DNA of 64,000 nucleotides from positions 32,016 to 96,015 of the forward strand of contig CAZEBS010000005.1 in assembly GCA_964510635.1 (NCBI GenBank), in the 5' to 3' direction. The position numbers and the translations under genes were made by a program. Under the pieces are notes generated by a model. It saw only the letters and a program-made list of their open reading frames with translations, had not been told where the DNA came from and ran no database searches. This stretch comes from an uncultured Candidatus Bathyarchaeia archaeon (GTDB lineage Archaea; Thermoproteota; Bathyarchaeia; Bathyarchaeales; Bathyarchaeaceae). Below, one piece after another: positions 56,456 to 64,000 of this stretch. Numbering within the stretch: position 1 is the first letter of the stretch; each line of letters starts with the position of its first letter.

Positions 56456-58267
56456 TTGATTAAAAAAGCGGCACTCTGCATGTGTCTGATTTCTATATCT
56501 TTAGTTATTTGTATTTCTATCACGAAAGCTCAAGATACTGTTTATCCCTTAGTCGCATTATCCTCTAATGAGATTAGTTTCTATGGTAAAGAAGGTAGTG
56601 ATATTGTATCTTATGATCTGAGAGTGATAGGGCTAGTTGATAAAGATGTCACAGTGAAACTATCTTCTGCTACATTATACGATAACAAGTCAAGTAATAG
56701 TATTACCCTTGAGGCCAGCGAAGTTCCCGAAAAGGTGAAGAAAAATATTGAGCAAACAATCACTTTGGAGCTTAATATTGCGGGGAAAAAACCAGGAACA
56801 TACAAAGGAGCAATTATAGCTACAGCTCAAACAACTGACAATATAACAACAACCAATATTCCAGTAACGGCCAAAATTGAAGAAGATACTCCATGGTATA
56901 TTCCAATTGGTGAAGCGAGTCTTGTGATCGTCACTATTGTTCTGATTGGGGTTGCTCTTGGGATTCCGGAAAACACAGAAAAATTTCTTTGGGGACGTAA
57001 AGTTTATTCAAAAAGGCCATGGGTAATTATCTTAGGAATAATTGTTGTTTCTTTGTGGCTTGTTTCACTTGTAAGTACGGATATTGGTGAACCAAGCAAT
57101 ATGGTTACCACCGTGCTAGTTACACCTTTCATTCTTTATGTAATAAGCTATGTAAAGGATAAGAGAACTGAAAGGCTGGAAAAAGAAAAAGTTTCACGGA
57201 CAGTACAGAATGAAGGAATAAAAGAAGATGTTAACTTAATCAGAAGCTTAATTGGAGAACTTTCTTCGCACTGTGCAAGTTTCAATCCATATTATTGTGA
57301 AATAAAGTTGGGTATACCTCCTACTAATTATGTAACGGAAAAACAGGTTGTTTATCACAGTAGTGGAATAATATCTGGGGAAGTGTGGAAGGATAATCGA
57401 AAACAAGGTATTGTAGCAGATATCCATACTCTTTATTTAGAAAAATATTATGACTTTGTTCCAAAATACAATCACCTGTATCGAATGGCTAGATATCTTA
57501 TTCAAAATCCAAAAAAAATAAAATCACCCAACACACTACAGGGTTTCTTAAGCTTATTTGACGAATTCAGGGAGAAATTTGGTGAACTTGAGAAGATACT
57601 TTTTGTCTATCTTTCATATATCCTTGAGTTGTGGTCGAGAACAAGATTATCACCAATGAAAGTTAACTATCCGCGAATATCCAGAACTTTGCTGAATAAA
57701 CTTATTGACTATGAAATATTGAAACCTGGATTGCAAATTGAAGAATTGGGTGGGTTTAAAGAAGACAAATTGTCCAAAAAGTTACAACAAGATGTTATGG
57801 AAGACAAGACTAAAAGCCCCAGAGAACTACAAAAAGTAGAATCTCTTATGGAAAATAATACGGCAAGGGAGTTATTAACTAAATTCAAAGAAGCTGTGAA
57901 GGACAACAATAAGCAAGCTCTCGCCTGTTACGATGAATTAGATAGCTGGGTAACACAGAAGTTCAGGAATAAAATTGACGATTGGAAATTTAGTGCTAAA
58001 GATATGGAAAAAATAACTAAAGAAATCTATAGCGCAGATAACATCACCAAATTCTTCGATAAGTTTCAAAAAGATTTTTATGAAAAATATTATAATTTGA
58101 AGAAATCTGACGTTCTTAAATTAACGGGATTGCCCACATTACCAGATGAAGAAGAACCCGAGAAAAAAGAATACACTCTCAAAATTGGTAATCTATACAA
58201 AGAACAACCGAAAGAGGGTGAACCAACACCCACCAAAGACCCCTTTGACGTACACCACATAAAATGA
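56456..58267 (+). CDS. membrane protein (603 aa): signal peptide, about 130-aa beta-rich ectodomain, 3 TM helices, about 370-aa helical cytoplasmic domain
   Basis: TTG start with GGGGGA upstream. Signal-like CLISISLVICISITKA. TM segments are ASLVIVTIVLIGVALGI, WVIILGIIVVSLWLVSLV and VTTVLVTPFILYVISYV. No family recognised. Confidence 0.6.
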   Translation: MIKKAALCMCLISISLVICISITKAQDTVYPLVALSSNEISFYGKEGSDIVSYDLRVIGLVDKDVTVKLSSATLYDNKSSNSITLEASEVPEKVKKNIEQTITLELNIAGKKPGTYKGAIIATAQTTDNITTTNIPVTAKIEEDTPWYIPIGEASLVIVTIVLIGVALGIPENTEKFLWGRKVYSKRPWVIILGIIVVSLWLVSLVSTDIGEPSNMVTTVLVTPFILYVISYVKDKRTERLEKEKVSRTVQNEGIKEDVNLIRSLIGELSSHCASFNPYYCEIKLGIPPTNYVTEKQVVYHSSGIISGEVWKDNRKQGIVADIHTLYLEKYYDFVPKYNHLYRMARYLIQNPKKIKSPNTLQGFLSLFDEFREKFGELEKILFVYLSYILELWSRTRLSPMKVNYPRISRTLLNKLIDYEILKPGLQIEELGGFKEDKLSKKLQQDVMEDKTKSPRELQKVESLMENNTARELLTKFKEAVKDNNKQALACYDELDSWVTQKFRNKIDDWKFSAKDMEKITKEIYSADNITKFFDKFQKDFYEKYYNLKKSDVLKLTGLPTLPDEEEPEKKEYTLKIGNLYKEQPKEGEPTPTKDPFDVHHIK

Positions 58268-58430
58268 TGTTGGCAAACGCGAAGAAATCAAACACAAGAT
58301 GTTTATAAATAGTTTTATCCCTATTTAATCCGCGAAAAACAGTTTTTGAATTCTTGACCTCCGTAAAAAATGATTTTGGGCGATAAATCGAGTTCTAGGC
58401 GGGATTCAACTTTATTAGGAAGTTGGTTGT

Positions 58431-58480
58431 AGAAAAATTGGATTTTTCAACAATCATCTGCTATTAGGCTCCTAATATGA
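58431..58480. repeat. copy C of the three-copy intergenic element (perfect palindrome TATTAGG-CT-CCTAATA at 58462-58477)
   Basis: Hand alignment with copies A and B. Confidence 0.7.
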
Positions 58481-58533
58481 AAGCTTCTGTGTGGTGGTTT
58501 GGCTGGGCTTCGGTTGCAGATAAGATAGGCGTT

Positions 58534-58716
58534 TTAGAGGATGTCGAGCATTTCTTTCAGGGATTCTGCTTCTTCTCGCAGTTGGGCTACTTCCTCTTCT
58601 AGGGTTGTGGCTTTTGTTTCTGCTTTTTCTCTGAGTTCTTCCAGTTCCGCCAGAAGATCAGCTTTCTCGCTTTCCAGCTTCGTTATCTTTTCTCGGAGAT
58701 CTCTTAAAGTAGGCAT
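58534..58716 (-). CDS. 60-aa coiled-coil protein, paralogue of the C-terminal half of the protein at 17506-17910
   Basis: LRDLREKITKLESEKADLLAELEELREKAETKATTLEEEVAQLREEAESLKEMLDIL aligns with LGDLKEKIEKLKLQKAELLDEIEGLKRAGEEKADTLEKEVTSLREEVESLKEILGDY. Confidence 0.45.
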   Translation of the reverse strand: MPTLRDLREKITKLESEKADLLAELEELREKAETKATTLEEEVAQLREEAESLKEMLDIL

Positions 58717-58923
58717 AATTTCTCGTTAATCTCCATCTACCGCTTCCCCATAGGTTCCGCGGTTCATTGCTACTTAACAGACTAGCCAAAATCGGCTAAA
58801 AACTTTTAGGTGCAATAACGTTCGGACCATACCGTGAACGGTGTATTTACGTCTTCTGTACCGTTGTTATAAGGTATACTCTGGAAAGCTTTAAGCGGTA
58901 ATCAACGAACTATCTGAAGGAGG

Positions 58924-59214
58924 ATGAAGTGGATGAGGATGCGAACTTTTTTGGCATATTTTCATCTGCTGAACTTCGTGATCATGATAATTGCAACAGT
59001 CTATGTTCTGAACAGTCAATGGGGACAACTGGAAGAGTGGATGCTAACCCTCTACGTCTACTATATAATACTGGGGCTCTCTGGCGTGTCCATCGCCACT
59101 TGGATTGCCATAGACGGAAAACGGCTAGAACGTTATGCCGTCCACATAAAAAAGCTAGAAGAGAAACTCGTAGCCTTGGAAAAGAAAATCAGACTCATAA
59201 AGCCCCACAACTAA
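58924..59214 (+). CDS. small 2-TM protein with C-terminal coiled-coil tail (96 aa)
   Basis: ORF track. Hydrophobic segments are LNFVIMIIATVYVL and YYIILGLSGVSIATWIAI. Confidence 0.4.
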   Translation: MKWMRMRTFLAYFHLLNFVIMIIATVYVLNSQWGQLEEWMLTLYVYYIILGLSGVSIATWIAIDGKRLERYAVHIKKLEEKLVALEKKIRLIKPHN

Positions 59215-59319
59215 AAAAGTGCCTAAGTTTAGGTTACTTCCAATATCCACGGGTAACTCGAAAGTTTTTCGAAATTTTGCCATTTTTTGATATACTCCCA
59301 TTCATCTTTTCACCTCCTT

Positions 59320-60351
59320 TTATTGCCATTCATTTTCCTCTAGAAAGAAACTTAATTCTTCCTCTTCGTTCTCGATTTCCCATTCTTCCGTATCGTCTAG
59401 TTTTTCCGTGTAGCCTTTAGATTTTACTCTTTCGTTATGCTCCATAACTTGACTTAAGGGCGATTTGAAAAGCCTAGAGAAAAAGCCTTTCTTCTTTTGT
59501 GGTTGTGGTGTTTGTGGTTTTGGTTTAGTTACTGGTTTGATTTCATAAGGCTTTTCTGAGGTAGTGAACTTAGGGAATTTCACTATCGAATCGTTTGCAG
59601 TATAAAGAAAAGTTCCTCTTTCAAAGTTTAGGATTTCAGTTTTGTATTTGCTGTTTCTGAGCAATCGCCTGACTTTAAGCTCATAATCGTCAAGTGAAAC
59701 GTTACCCAACAAAAGCCTAACTCTTCCCCGAATCCGTGTGTTTAAATCCTGTAACCTCTGAGAACACATCACAAAATGCAAATCAAGATTTCTGGATTCA
59801 GAAAATATTTTCCGCATCCTGTTAAAGAGTTTCTTGCTGATTGTTGAACTGTCAAAGATGTTTTGGCTCTCTTCTACTATGAAAACGATTCTTTCAGTTT
59901 TGTTGTAATTTTTGTAAAGTCTCAGGTATGCCCTACGGTAAAAATGGTTTACTACCGAATAGACGAAAAAGGCGATTCGTTCGATGTCTCGAATCTCTAA
60001 AGTGAAAATCAAATCTTTGTTTTCCGCTAAGGCTTCTTTGATTTCTTGACCTCTAAGAACCGAATAATCCCTTTCATGTCGAAGGAAATAGTTTTCTACG
60101 TCTATCTCGTGTCGTGTCTCTGTAACGTCTCTGTCATGAATCCGCATGAATGGAACTGATTCAAACTCTTTGCAGAACTTAGGAAAAGTTTCAAAGATTA
60201 TTACCCTAGTTTCTGGGAGCTTTCGAAGTTCTGAAGCTAAGACTTTAAGAGCGTTTGTCTTACCTATGCCTTTATTCGCAATCAGTAGCAAATCGCCAAA
60301 GCTGAGAACGTCTTCAATCAACGGTTTTAGTTGCTCATTGTTTTGTTGCAC
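59320..60351 (-). CDS. compact FtsK/HerA-superfamily P-loop ATPase with acidic C-terminal tail
   Basis: Walker A is LLLIANKGIGKTN. Walker B is RIVFIVEESQNIF. SESRNLDLHFVMCSQRLQDL resembles the E(G)RK.G...(T/S)QRP..L motif of HerA/FtsK/VirB4-like ATPases. The tail is DDTEEWEIENEEEELSFFLEENEWQ. Confidence 0.7.
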   Translation of the reverse strand: MQQNNEQLKPLIEDVLSFGDLLLIANKGIGKTNALKVLASELRKLPETRVIIFETFPKFCKEFESVPFMRIHDRDVTETRHEIDVENYFLRHERDYSVLRGQEIKEALAENKDLIFTLEIRDIERIAFFVYSVVNHFYRRAYLRLYKNYNKTERIVFIVEESQNIFDSSTISKKLFNRMRKIFSESRNLDLHFVMCSQRLQDLNTRIRGRVRLLLGNVSLDDYELKVRRLLRNSKYKTEILNFERGTFLYTANDSIVKFPKFTTSEKPYEIKPVTKPKPQTPQPQKKKGFFSRLFKSPLSQVMEHNERVKSKGYTEKLDDTEEWEIENEEEELSFFLEENEWQ

Positions 60352-60704
60352 TTTTCACCACAGCATTTTTTGGTTAAACCTATGTGAAAACGGGTTAAAA
60401 AACGTTTGTTTTGGGCTTATTTTGTGATTTAGAGCGTAAAAACAGCTTATTTTTGGTGAATTGCACATAGGCGTCTTTTTGAACATTCACGTTTCTAAAA
60501 CTATACTTTTAGGAAACAGAGCGGTTTCCGAAACCTAACACATACAGGTTTTAAATAAGGAACCTTAACGCAACATGTTTAATGGTTCTCTAAACAATTA
60601 CATTGTTAATTCTTTTGTTCTCTAGATGGTCAAGTATTTTGAGCGATTTCTTAGAACGTTTTTTGAGAAAGGGTTTTTTAGAAAAAATTTGAGGGGGTAG
60701 GGGG

Positions 60705-61373
60705 CTAATCCCAATCTCGTGAAATAATGAAAAACATTGCCAGAAGTAAGCAAAAACCCACTATAACGGGTATGGCAATTCCAAATATAAAATTTGATTC
60801 AACTTTCATATAGCTCAAAAGCCCTAAGTAAATTACCATAAATGCACCATAACCACCTCCTAAACCTGAAAGCCATTTTATTAGGGCGTTTCTCTCAAGA
60901 TTGCTTTTTTTGGCTTTCCACTCAGAATATTTATCAAAAAGACTATTTTCTGAATCCTTCAATAGTTGAATACAGTCGTCAAGAGAATTGGTATTTCGAG
61001 AATTGTTTTCTGCTTTAACTAATTGCTGTCGAGTTTTTTCTAATTCAACATTGATAGAAGAGGTATCAATAAATATGAACTTATCCAAAGCCCTCACGAG
61101 TTTTGAAGTTTTTTCCATGATTTTCTCGCATATTTGTTTATGCAAAGAAAATTCTAATGCGAGCAATTTTTCATTGGCATTCGCATTTTTTCCAGATAGT
61201 AAATCTTTCGTCCACTCGATATAAAAAATACCCAGTTTACGACTTGATTCTCTTAAATCTATTTCATAGAGTGTTTCTGCACCAATAACCTCACTCATCA
61301 GTTGTGTAAATTTCATGAATTGATTAGCGGTATCAAACGGAAAAGATTGCGTATTTTTACCCCCTTCCGTCAC
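60705..61373 (-). CDS. membrane protein: about 165-aa helical N-terminal domain plus two C-terminal TM helices
   Basis: The GTG start at 61373 overlaps the upstream gene by 17 nt; an alternative ATG is at 61316. TM segments are GGGYGAFMVIYLGLLSYM and FIFGIAIPVIVGFCLLLAMFFII. Confidence 0.55.
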   Translation of the reverse strand: MTEGGKNTQSFPFDTANQFMKFTQLMSEVIGAETLYEIDLRESSRKLGIFYIEWTKDLLSGKNANANEKLLALEFSLHKQICEKIMEKTSKLVRALDKFIFIDTSSINVELEKTRQQLVKAENNSRNTNSLDDCIQLLKDSENSLFDKYSEWKAKKSNLERNALIKWLSGLGGGYGAFMVIYLGLLSYMKVESNFIFGIAIPVIVGFCLLLAMFFIISRDWD

Positions 61374-61551
61374 CCTTCAATAATTTGACGAACATGTAAG
61401 CGAGAAACGCAAAAGCAATTAGTGAACCTAAACCAAAAAAATTACTTGCCCAATCATTTTGTCCTGTTGCCACAGACGAAAAAGACAAAACTAAAGCTAA
61501 AGCAGCAATAGCCAATATTCCGTAAGCAAAGAATGAAAAATTAATTGCCAT
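61357..61551 (-). CDS. 64-aa two-TM protein
   Basis: FSFFAYGILAIAALALVLSF and FFGLGSLIAFAFLAYMFV. AGGAG lies 8 nt upstream of the ATG. It sits 76 nt downstream of the SIR2 gene. Confidence 0.5.
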   Translation of the reverse strand: MAINFSFFAYGILAIAALALVLSFSSVATGQNDWASNFFGLGSLIAFAFLAYMFVKLLKGDGRG

Positions 61552-61627
61552 ATCTTCACACTCCTACCATATATTTTAATAATTCAGCTTTAACTTTTTC
61601 CGCCTTTTTGAGTTTAGCCTAAATTAG

Positions 61628-62710
61628 TTAAAGTGCTTTATCCAATTCTTCAGTTACCAACACAGTTGAAAGTAACTGGTAAGCTTTCTGAGAGCCAAAT
61701 GGATAATTAAAACATTTAATTTGTTTTTCCAATCGTTTTTCTCCAATAATTAGATTATCGGTCACGTCTTTTGTAGCTGATGGAGAAAGTACAATCAAAT
61801 TGTGTTCTTTGTTTGCTCTAAGATAATCTAAAAATGTATTGTTTATCTGAGGGTCTCTAAAAGAAAAACCAATAACCAAACAAACTTTATGCGAATTTAA
61901 GACTTGCTCAAAATATTTTTGCAGTATCCTGAAAGGTTCACCTTTTGTATAATCCTTTTCGGCTGGATAAATAAGTAGGTTCTCTGTGTACCTTTTGGTT
62001 CGTTGAGAAATTCTTTCTTCAATGGGTACCCGTTCAATTCTATTCTGTGAAGTTTTACGCCAATCTAGTGAACCATGCAATTTGTAAAGTCTAATATTTC
62101 GAGCAAACGGTTGGGATGTCTTTCTTTTGAACTCTTCAGGATGCCAAAATTGTCTATTATTTCTTTTATCGGTTCTAAAACCACATGAAAAAACACTATT
62201 CTCAGAATTCATACAAAAGTTTTCTATGATGCTGTCATAGTTTGTAGTAAAAACGTGGATATCTAACTGATTCCAAATTTCAACGAATGAAAAAAGCCGT
62301 TGGTATTCTTTAAGAGCCTTGTCAAGGATATTATCGTTAAATTCGTATTGACTAAACAATTCATTTATTATGTTTTGTTTTAATTTGTTACAATAACGCA
62401 GAAATGAATTCCAGTCCATTTCGAGACCAGATATGTTTAATACAGCTTCATTTTTCCTAAAAAGTGTCTTTAAATAATCTGCGGAATCTGGATTAACAAT
62501 AGGGTCAAGTATCTTAAGTACATGTTCAATATCAGATACTTTCGGTAAACTGAGGATTGAGTTAAGAATGCCTAATTCTAGAGGTTCTACAATCTTCTTT
62601 AGTTCAGTCACAAATTCCGAAGTGGTCGGGTAATCAAAAGCCCTCGAAGCTCCTGCTCCCAGAAAATAAGAAACCTTCTGAGGTTCTTCACGCTCATTGT
62701 TCTTGGACAT
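61628..62710 (-). CDS. SIR2_2-family (defence-type SIR2-like) protein
   Basis: YFLGAGASRAFDYPT, VFTTNYDSIIE, LYKLHGSLDW, LLIYPAEKDY and CLVIGFSFRDPQIN reproduce the order and wording of SIR2_2 motifs (GAGxS, TTNYD, KLHGS, IGxSxxD). I prefer the ATG at 62710 over the TTG at 62725. Confidence 0.85.
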   Translation of the reverse strand: MSKNNEREEPQKVSYFLGAGASRAFDYPTTSEFVTELKKIVEPLELGILNSILSLPKVSDIEHVLKILDPIVNPDSADYLKTLFRKNEAVLNISGLEMDWNSFLRYCNKLKQNIINELFSQYEFNDNILDKALKEYQRLFSFVEIWNQLDIHVFTTNYDSIIENFCMNSENSVFSCGFRTDKRNNRQFWHPEEFKRKTSQPFARNIRLYKLHGSLDWRKTSQNRIERVPIEERISQRTKRYTENLLIYPAEKDYTKGEPFRILQKYFEQVLNSHKVCLVIGFSFRDPQINNTFLDYLRANKEHNLIVLSPSATKDVTDNLIIGEKRLEKQIKCFNYPFGSQKAYQLLSTVLVTEELDKAL

Positions 62711-62857
62711 GCATCCCAACTTCAATGATTTATGATTTCATTAGGGTACCTATGACTGCATAAATCTTATAAATTTCTTTTCTTCAGCGGTTCATCTTCC
62801 GTAACGCACGTCTATGAGACCTCAAAAAAGCCTAGTTTTAGACCTCAGAGGGAAGAG

Positions 62858-63106
62858 TTAAGGATAATGACCGAATTTTATGAAATAATCACGTTCTGAT
62901 ATTTGGTTTGCTGTTTGCGTTTGGATGGTCTTAAGAAAGGTGATAAATTGTCTATCAAAGATTTTTGGGTCAAGTATAAGATGCATTTTTTGGAACATCA
63001 AAATTACGTTTCCAGTTGATGAACAATATCCGAAATAGACTCCATTCTTGTTTAAGTAGTGGTGTTCACCTTTACATTCTGGGCAACTTTTCCATTCGCA
63101 CGTCAT
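62858..63106 (-). CDS. small hypothetical protein (82 aa) with N-terminal CPEC motif
   Basis: GAGGTGA lies 5 nt upstream of the ATG. No family recognised. Confidence 0.45.
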   Translation of the reverse strand: MTCEWKSCPECKGEHHYLNKNGVYFGYCSSTGNVILMFQKMHLILDPKIFDRQFITFLKTIQTQTANQISERDYFIKFGHYP

Positions 63107-63124
63107 TTCTTCACCTCTTTTCAG

Positions 63125-63253
63125 TTAAACGATTCTATAGCTTCGATTCTGTAGTTTTTCTCTAAGCCATTTTTCCTGTTCTTCATCTGGGAGGTTAGAG
63201 AGCGTATAATCTAAATCCCATTTCAGTTGCTCAATAGTTCTTTTCTTAGGCAT
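63125..63253 (-). CDS. 42-aa hypothetical protein (below track cutoff)
   Basis: My own translation is MPKKRTIEQLKWDLDYTLSNLPDEEQEKWLREKLQNRSYRIV. GAGGTGA lies 5 nt upstream. The gene begins 6 nt after the upstream stop. Confidence 0.3.
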   Translation of the reverse strand: MPKKRTIEQLKWDLDYTLSNLPDEEQEKWLREKLQNRSYRIV

Positions 63254-63259
63254 TCTTTT

Positions 63260-63874
63260 TCACCTCTTCTTTTTCTTATCACCCTCATAACCTAACTCCC
63301 TCAGTTTCTCATTGATTTGTTTAAGTCTAGCCTCATGTTCATGAAGCATATCCAAATTCTCTTTTACTTTACCGTCCTTGATAACTTCACCAAAATTCTC
63401 AATCCATTTTTCAACTTTGGCTTTTTGTTCCAACAGCCTTTTTATGTTCGGGAGATTTTGAATCCGTTTTTTGTCCTCAATGCTGTCCTTTTTAAAATCA
63501 AATTTATCTTTGCGGATTCCCGAATTGGCTTCACGAATTGAGAGTTCACGTTCCTTTAATTCGAGTTCTTCCCTTCTTAATTCGTTTGATTCTTCACGCT
63601 TTTTCTGTCTCTTCTTTTCTCGCTCCAATTTATCACGTTTCATTTCTGTGGTAGTTCTGCTATACCTCTTCATATGTTCATCAAAACATTCTTGACCATG
63701 CATTTTGACAAATCCCTCTTTGTGAAGTTGAAGGAAATCTCTAGCCACAACCTGAAAAGCTGGAAGACCTTTAGGATTTGGTCGGCTTCTAATATAGTCT
63801 AGTAGCTCGCTAGTTGCACTTATCCTTATGTTGTTTTTCGGTTGTCTGTTTCCGCTAGACTTAGTTCCTACCAA
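63260..63874 (-). CDS. RHH-like N-terminus plus long charged coiled-coil protein (204 aa), first gene of the island gene string
   Basis: NIRISATSELLDYIRSR...LPAFQVVARDFLQLH has a strand-helix-helix look. It is followed by KRDKLEREKKRQKKREESNELRREELELKERELS. TTG start with GAGGTAA upstream. Confidence 0.5.
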   Translation of the reverse strand: MVGTKSSGNRQPKNNIRISATSELLDYIRSRPNPKGLPAFQVVARDFLQLHKEGFVKMHGQECFDEHMKRYSRTTTEMKRDKLEREKKRQKKREESNELRREELELKERELSIREANSGIRKDKFDFKKDSIEDKKRIQNLPNIKRLLEQKAKVEKWIENFGEVIKDGKVKENLDMLHEHEARLKQINEKLRELGYEGDKKKKR

Positions 63875-63924
63875 CTTTTTACCTCAGTTTAATCAAACAT
63901 TTGAAAATATAGAAGTAAGTTATC

Positions 63925-63933
63925 AAATATAAA
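63925..63933 (-). promoter_or_regulatory. TATA box (TTTATATTT on the minus strand) for the island gene string
   Basis: It lies about 50-60 nt upstream of the start at 63874 and is immediately flanked by the palindrome array. Confidence 0.45.
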
Positions 63934-63940
63934 CCTTTGC

Positions 63941-64000
63941 TTAATCATCTGATTAATTTAATTAATCACCTGATTAAATCTGAATGATTAATCACATGAT
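63941..64000. promoter_or_regulatory. array of three 16-bp palindromes TTAATCA-NN-TGATTAA (operator or iteron-like); the third is cut by the window edge
   Basis: Read directly: 63941-63956 is TTAATCATCTGATTAA, 63962-63977 is TTAATCACCTGATTAA, and 63988-64000 is TTAATCACATGAT. The starts are spaced 21 and 26 bp apart. Confidence 0.7.

Larger units (their letters stand above)
56111..64000. other. AT-rich accessory island (possible integrated element or defence island); right boundary beyond the window
   Basis: Hand GC counts of single 60-nt lines give 15/60 at 57421 and 13/60 at 62341, against 29/60 at 41101 in core DNA. Every gene is hypothetical, defence-like or element-like. No integrase or tRNA is visible in the window. 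Confidence 0.5.

Noticed and set aside
58929-59420. 163-aa plus-strand ORF overlapping the 96-aa 2-TM ORF and the ATPase 3' end
   Set aside because: It has no motifs and runs antisense into the ATPase gene. The 96-aa frame, with two clean TM helices, is more plausible, though itself weak.
60512-60529. GGAAAC-N6-GTTTCC hairpin in the spacer between the 222-aa membrane gene and the ATPase gene
   Set aside because: The stem is short (6 bp) with no adjacent T-tract. It could be a weak terminator, but the evidence is too thin to annotate.
1-64000. tRNA, rRNA, CRISPR arrays and integrase/transposase genes
   Set aside because: I scanned the intergenic regions by eye for T-loop (GGTTCGAATCC-like) sequences, regularly spaced direct repeats and recombinase motifs. 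I found none. The only GTTCGAATC-like strings lie inside coding regions.

Overview
The window is an archaeal chromosomal segment. Archaeal markers are TFB, Gar1, SRP19, ribosomal protein S8e, an smc-scpA-scpB operon and an archaeal-type PGK. Many genes carry GGAGGTGA-like Shine-Dalgarno sites and 4-nt start/stop overlaps. The lineage cannot be fixed from sequence alone; the gene content would fit a mesophilic TACK/Thermoproteota-type archaeon.

About 56 kb is core genome. It encodes:
- a PAS histidine kinase with a receiver protein;
- chromosome segregation genes;
- gap-pgk and serB;
- a Ca2+/cation antiporter, a P-type ATPase and an H+-PPase;
- a lipoylation cluster (GcvH, two radical-SAM proteins, LplA);
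- a 2-hydroxyacyl-CoA-dehydratase/double-cubane-like module with two activase ATPases and a ferredoxin;
- two very large surface proteins, one CARDB-repeat protein and one S-layer-like protein with a long coiled-coil stalk;
- an XPD-type helicase.

I found no tRNA, rRNA or CRISPR array.

Two AT-rich accessory patches stand out. The first is a small islet at about 13.9-15.8 kb, with tiny ribbon-helix-helix and zinc-ribbon genes and a DUF2971-like gene. The second is a larger island from about 56.1 kb to the window end.

The best candidate for an undescribed system lies in the larger island. A same-strand gene string at 63874-59320 starts at an operator-like palindrome array and a TATA box. It encodes an RHH/coiled-coil protein, two tiny proteins, a SIR2_2-family (defence-type NADase-like) protein, a 64-aa 2-TM protein that overlaps a 222-aa helical+2-TM protein, and a compact FtsK/HerA-type P-loop ATPase.

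I also report a roughly 60-130 nt intergenic element present in three copies, built around a TATTAGG-NN-CCTAATA palindrome. All functional calls rest on motif recognition by eye and need HMM or structure confirmation.
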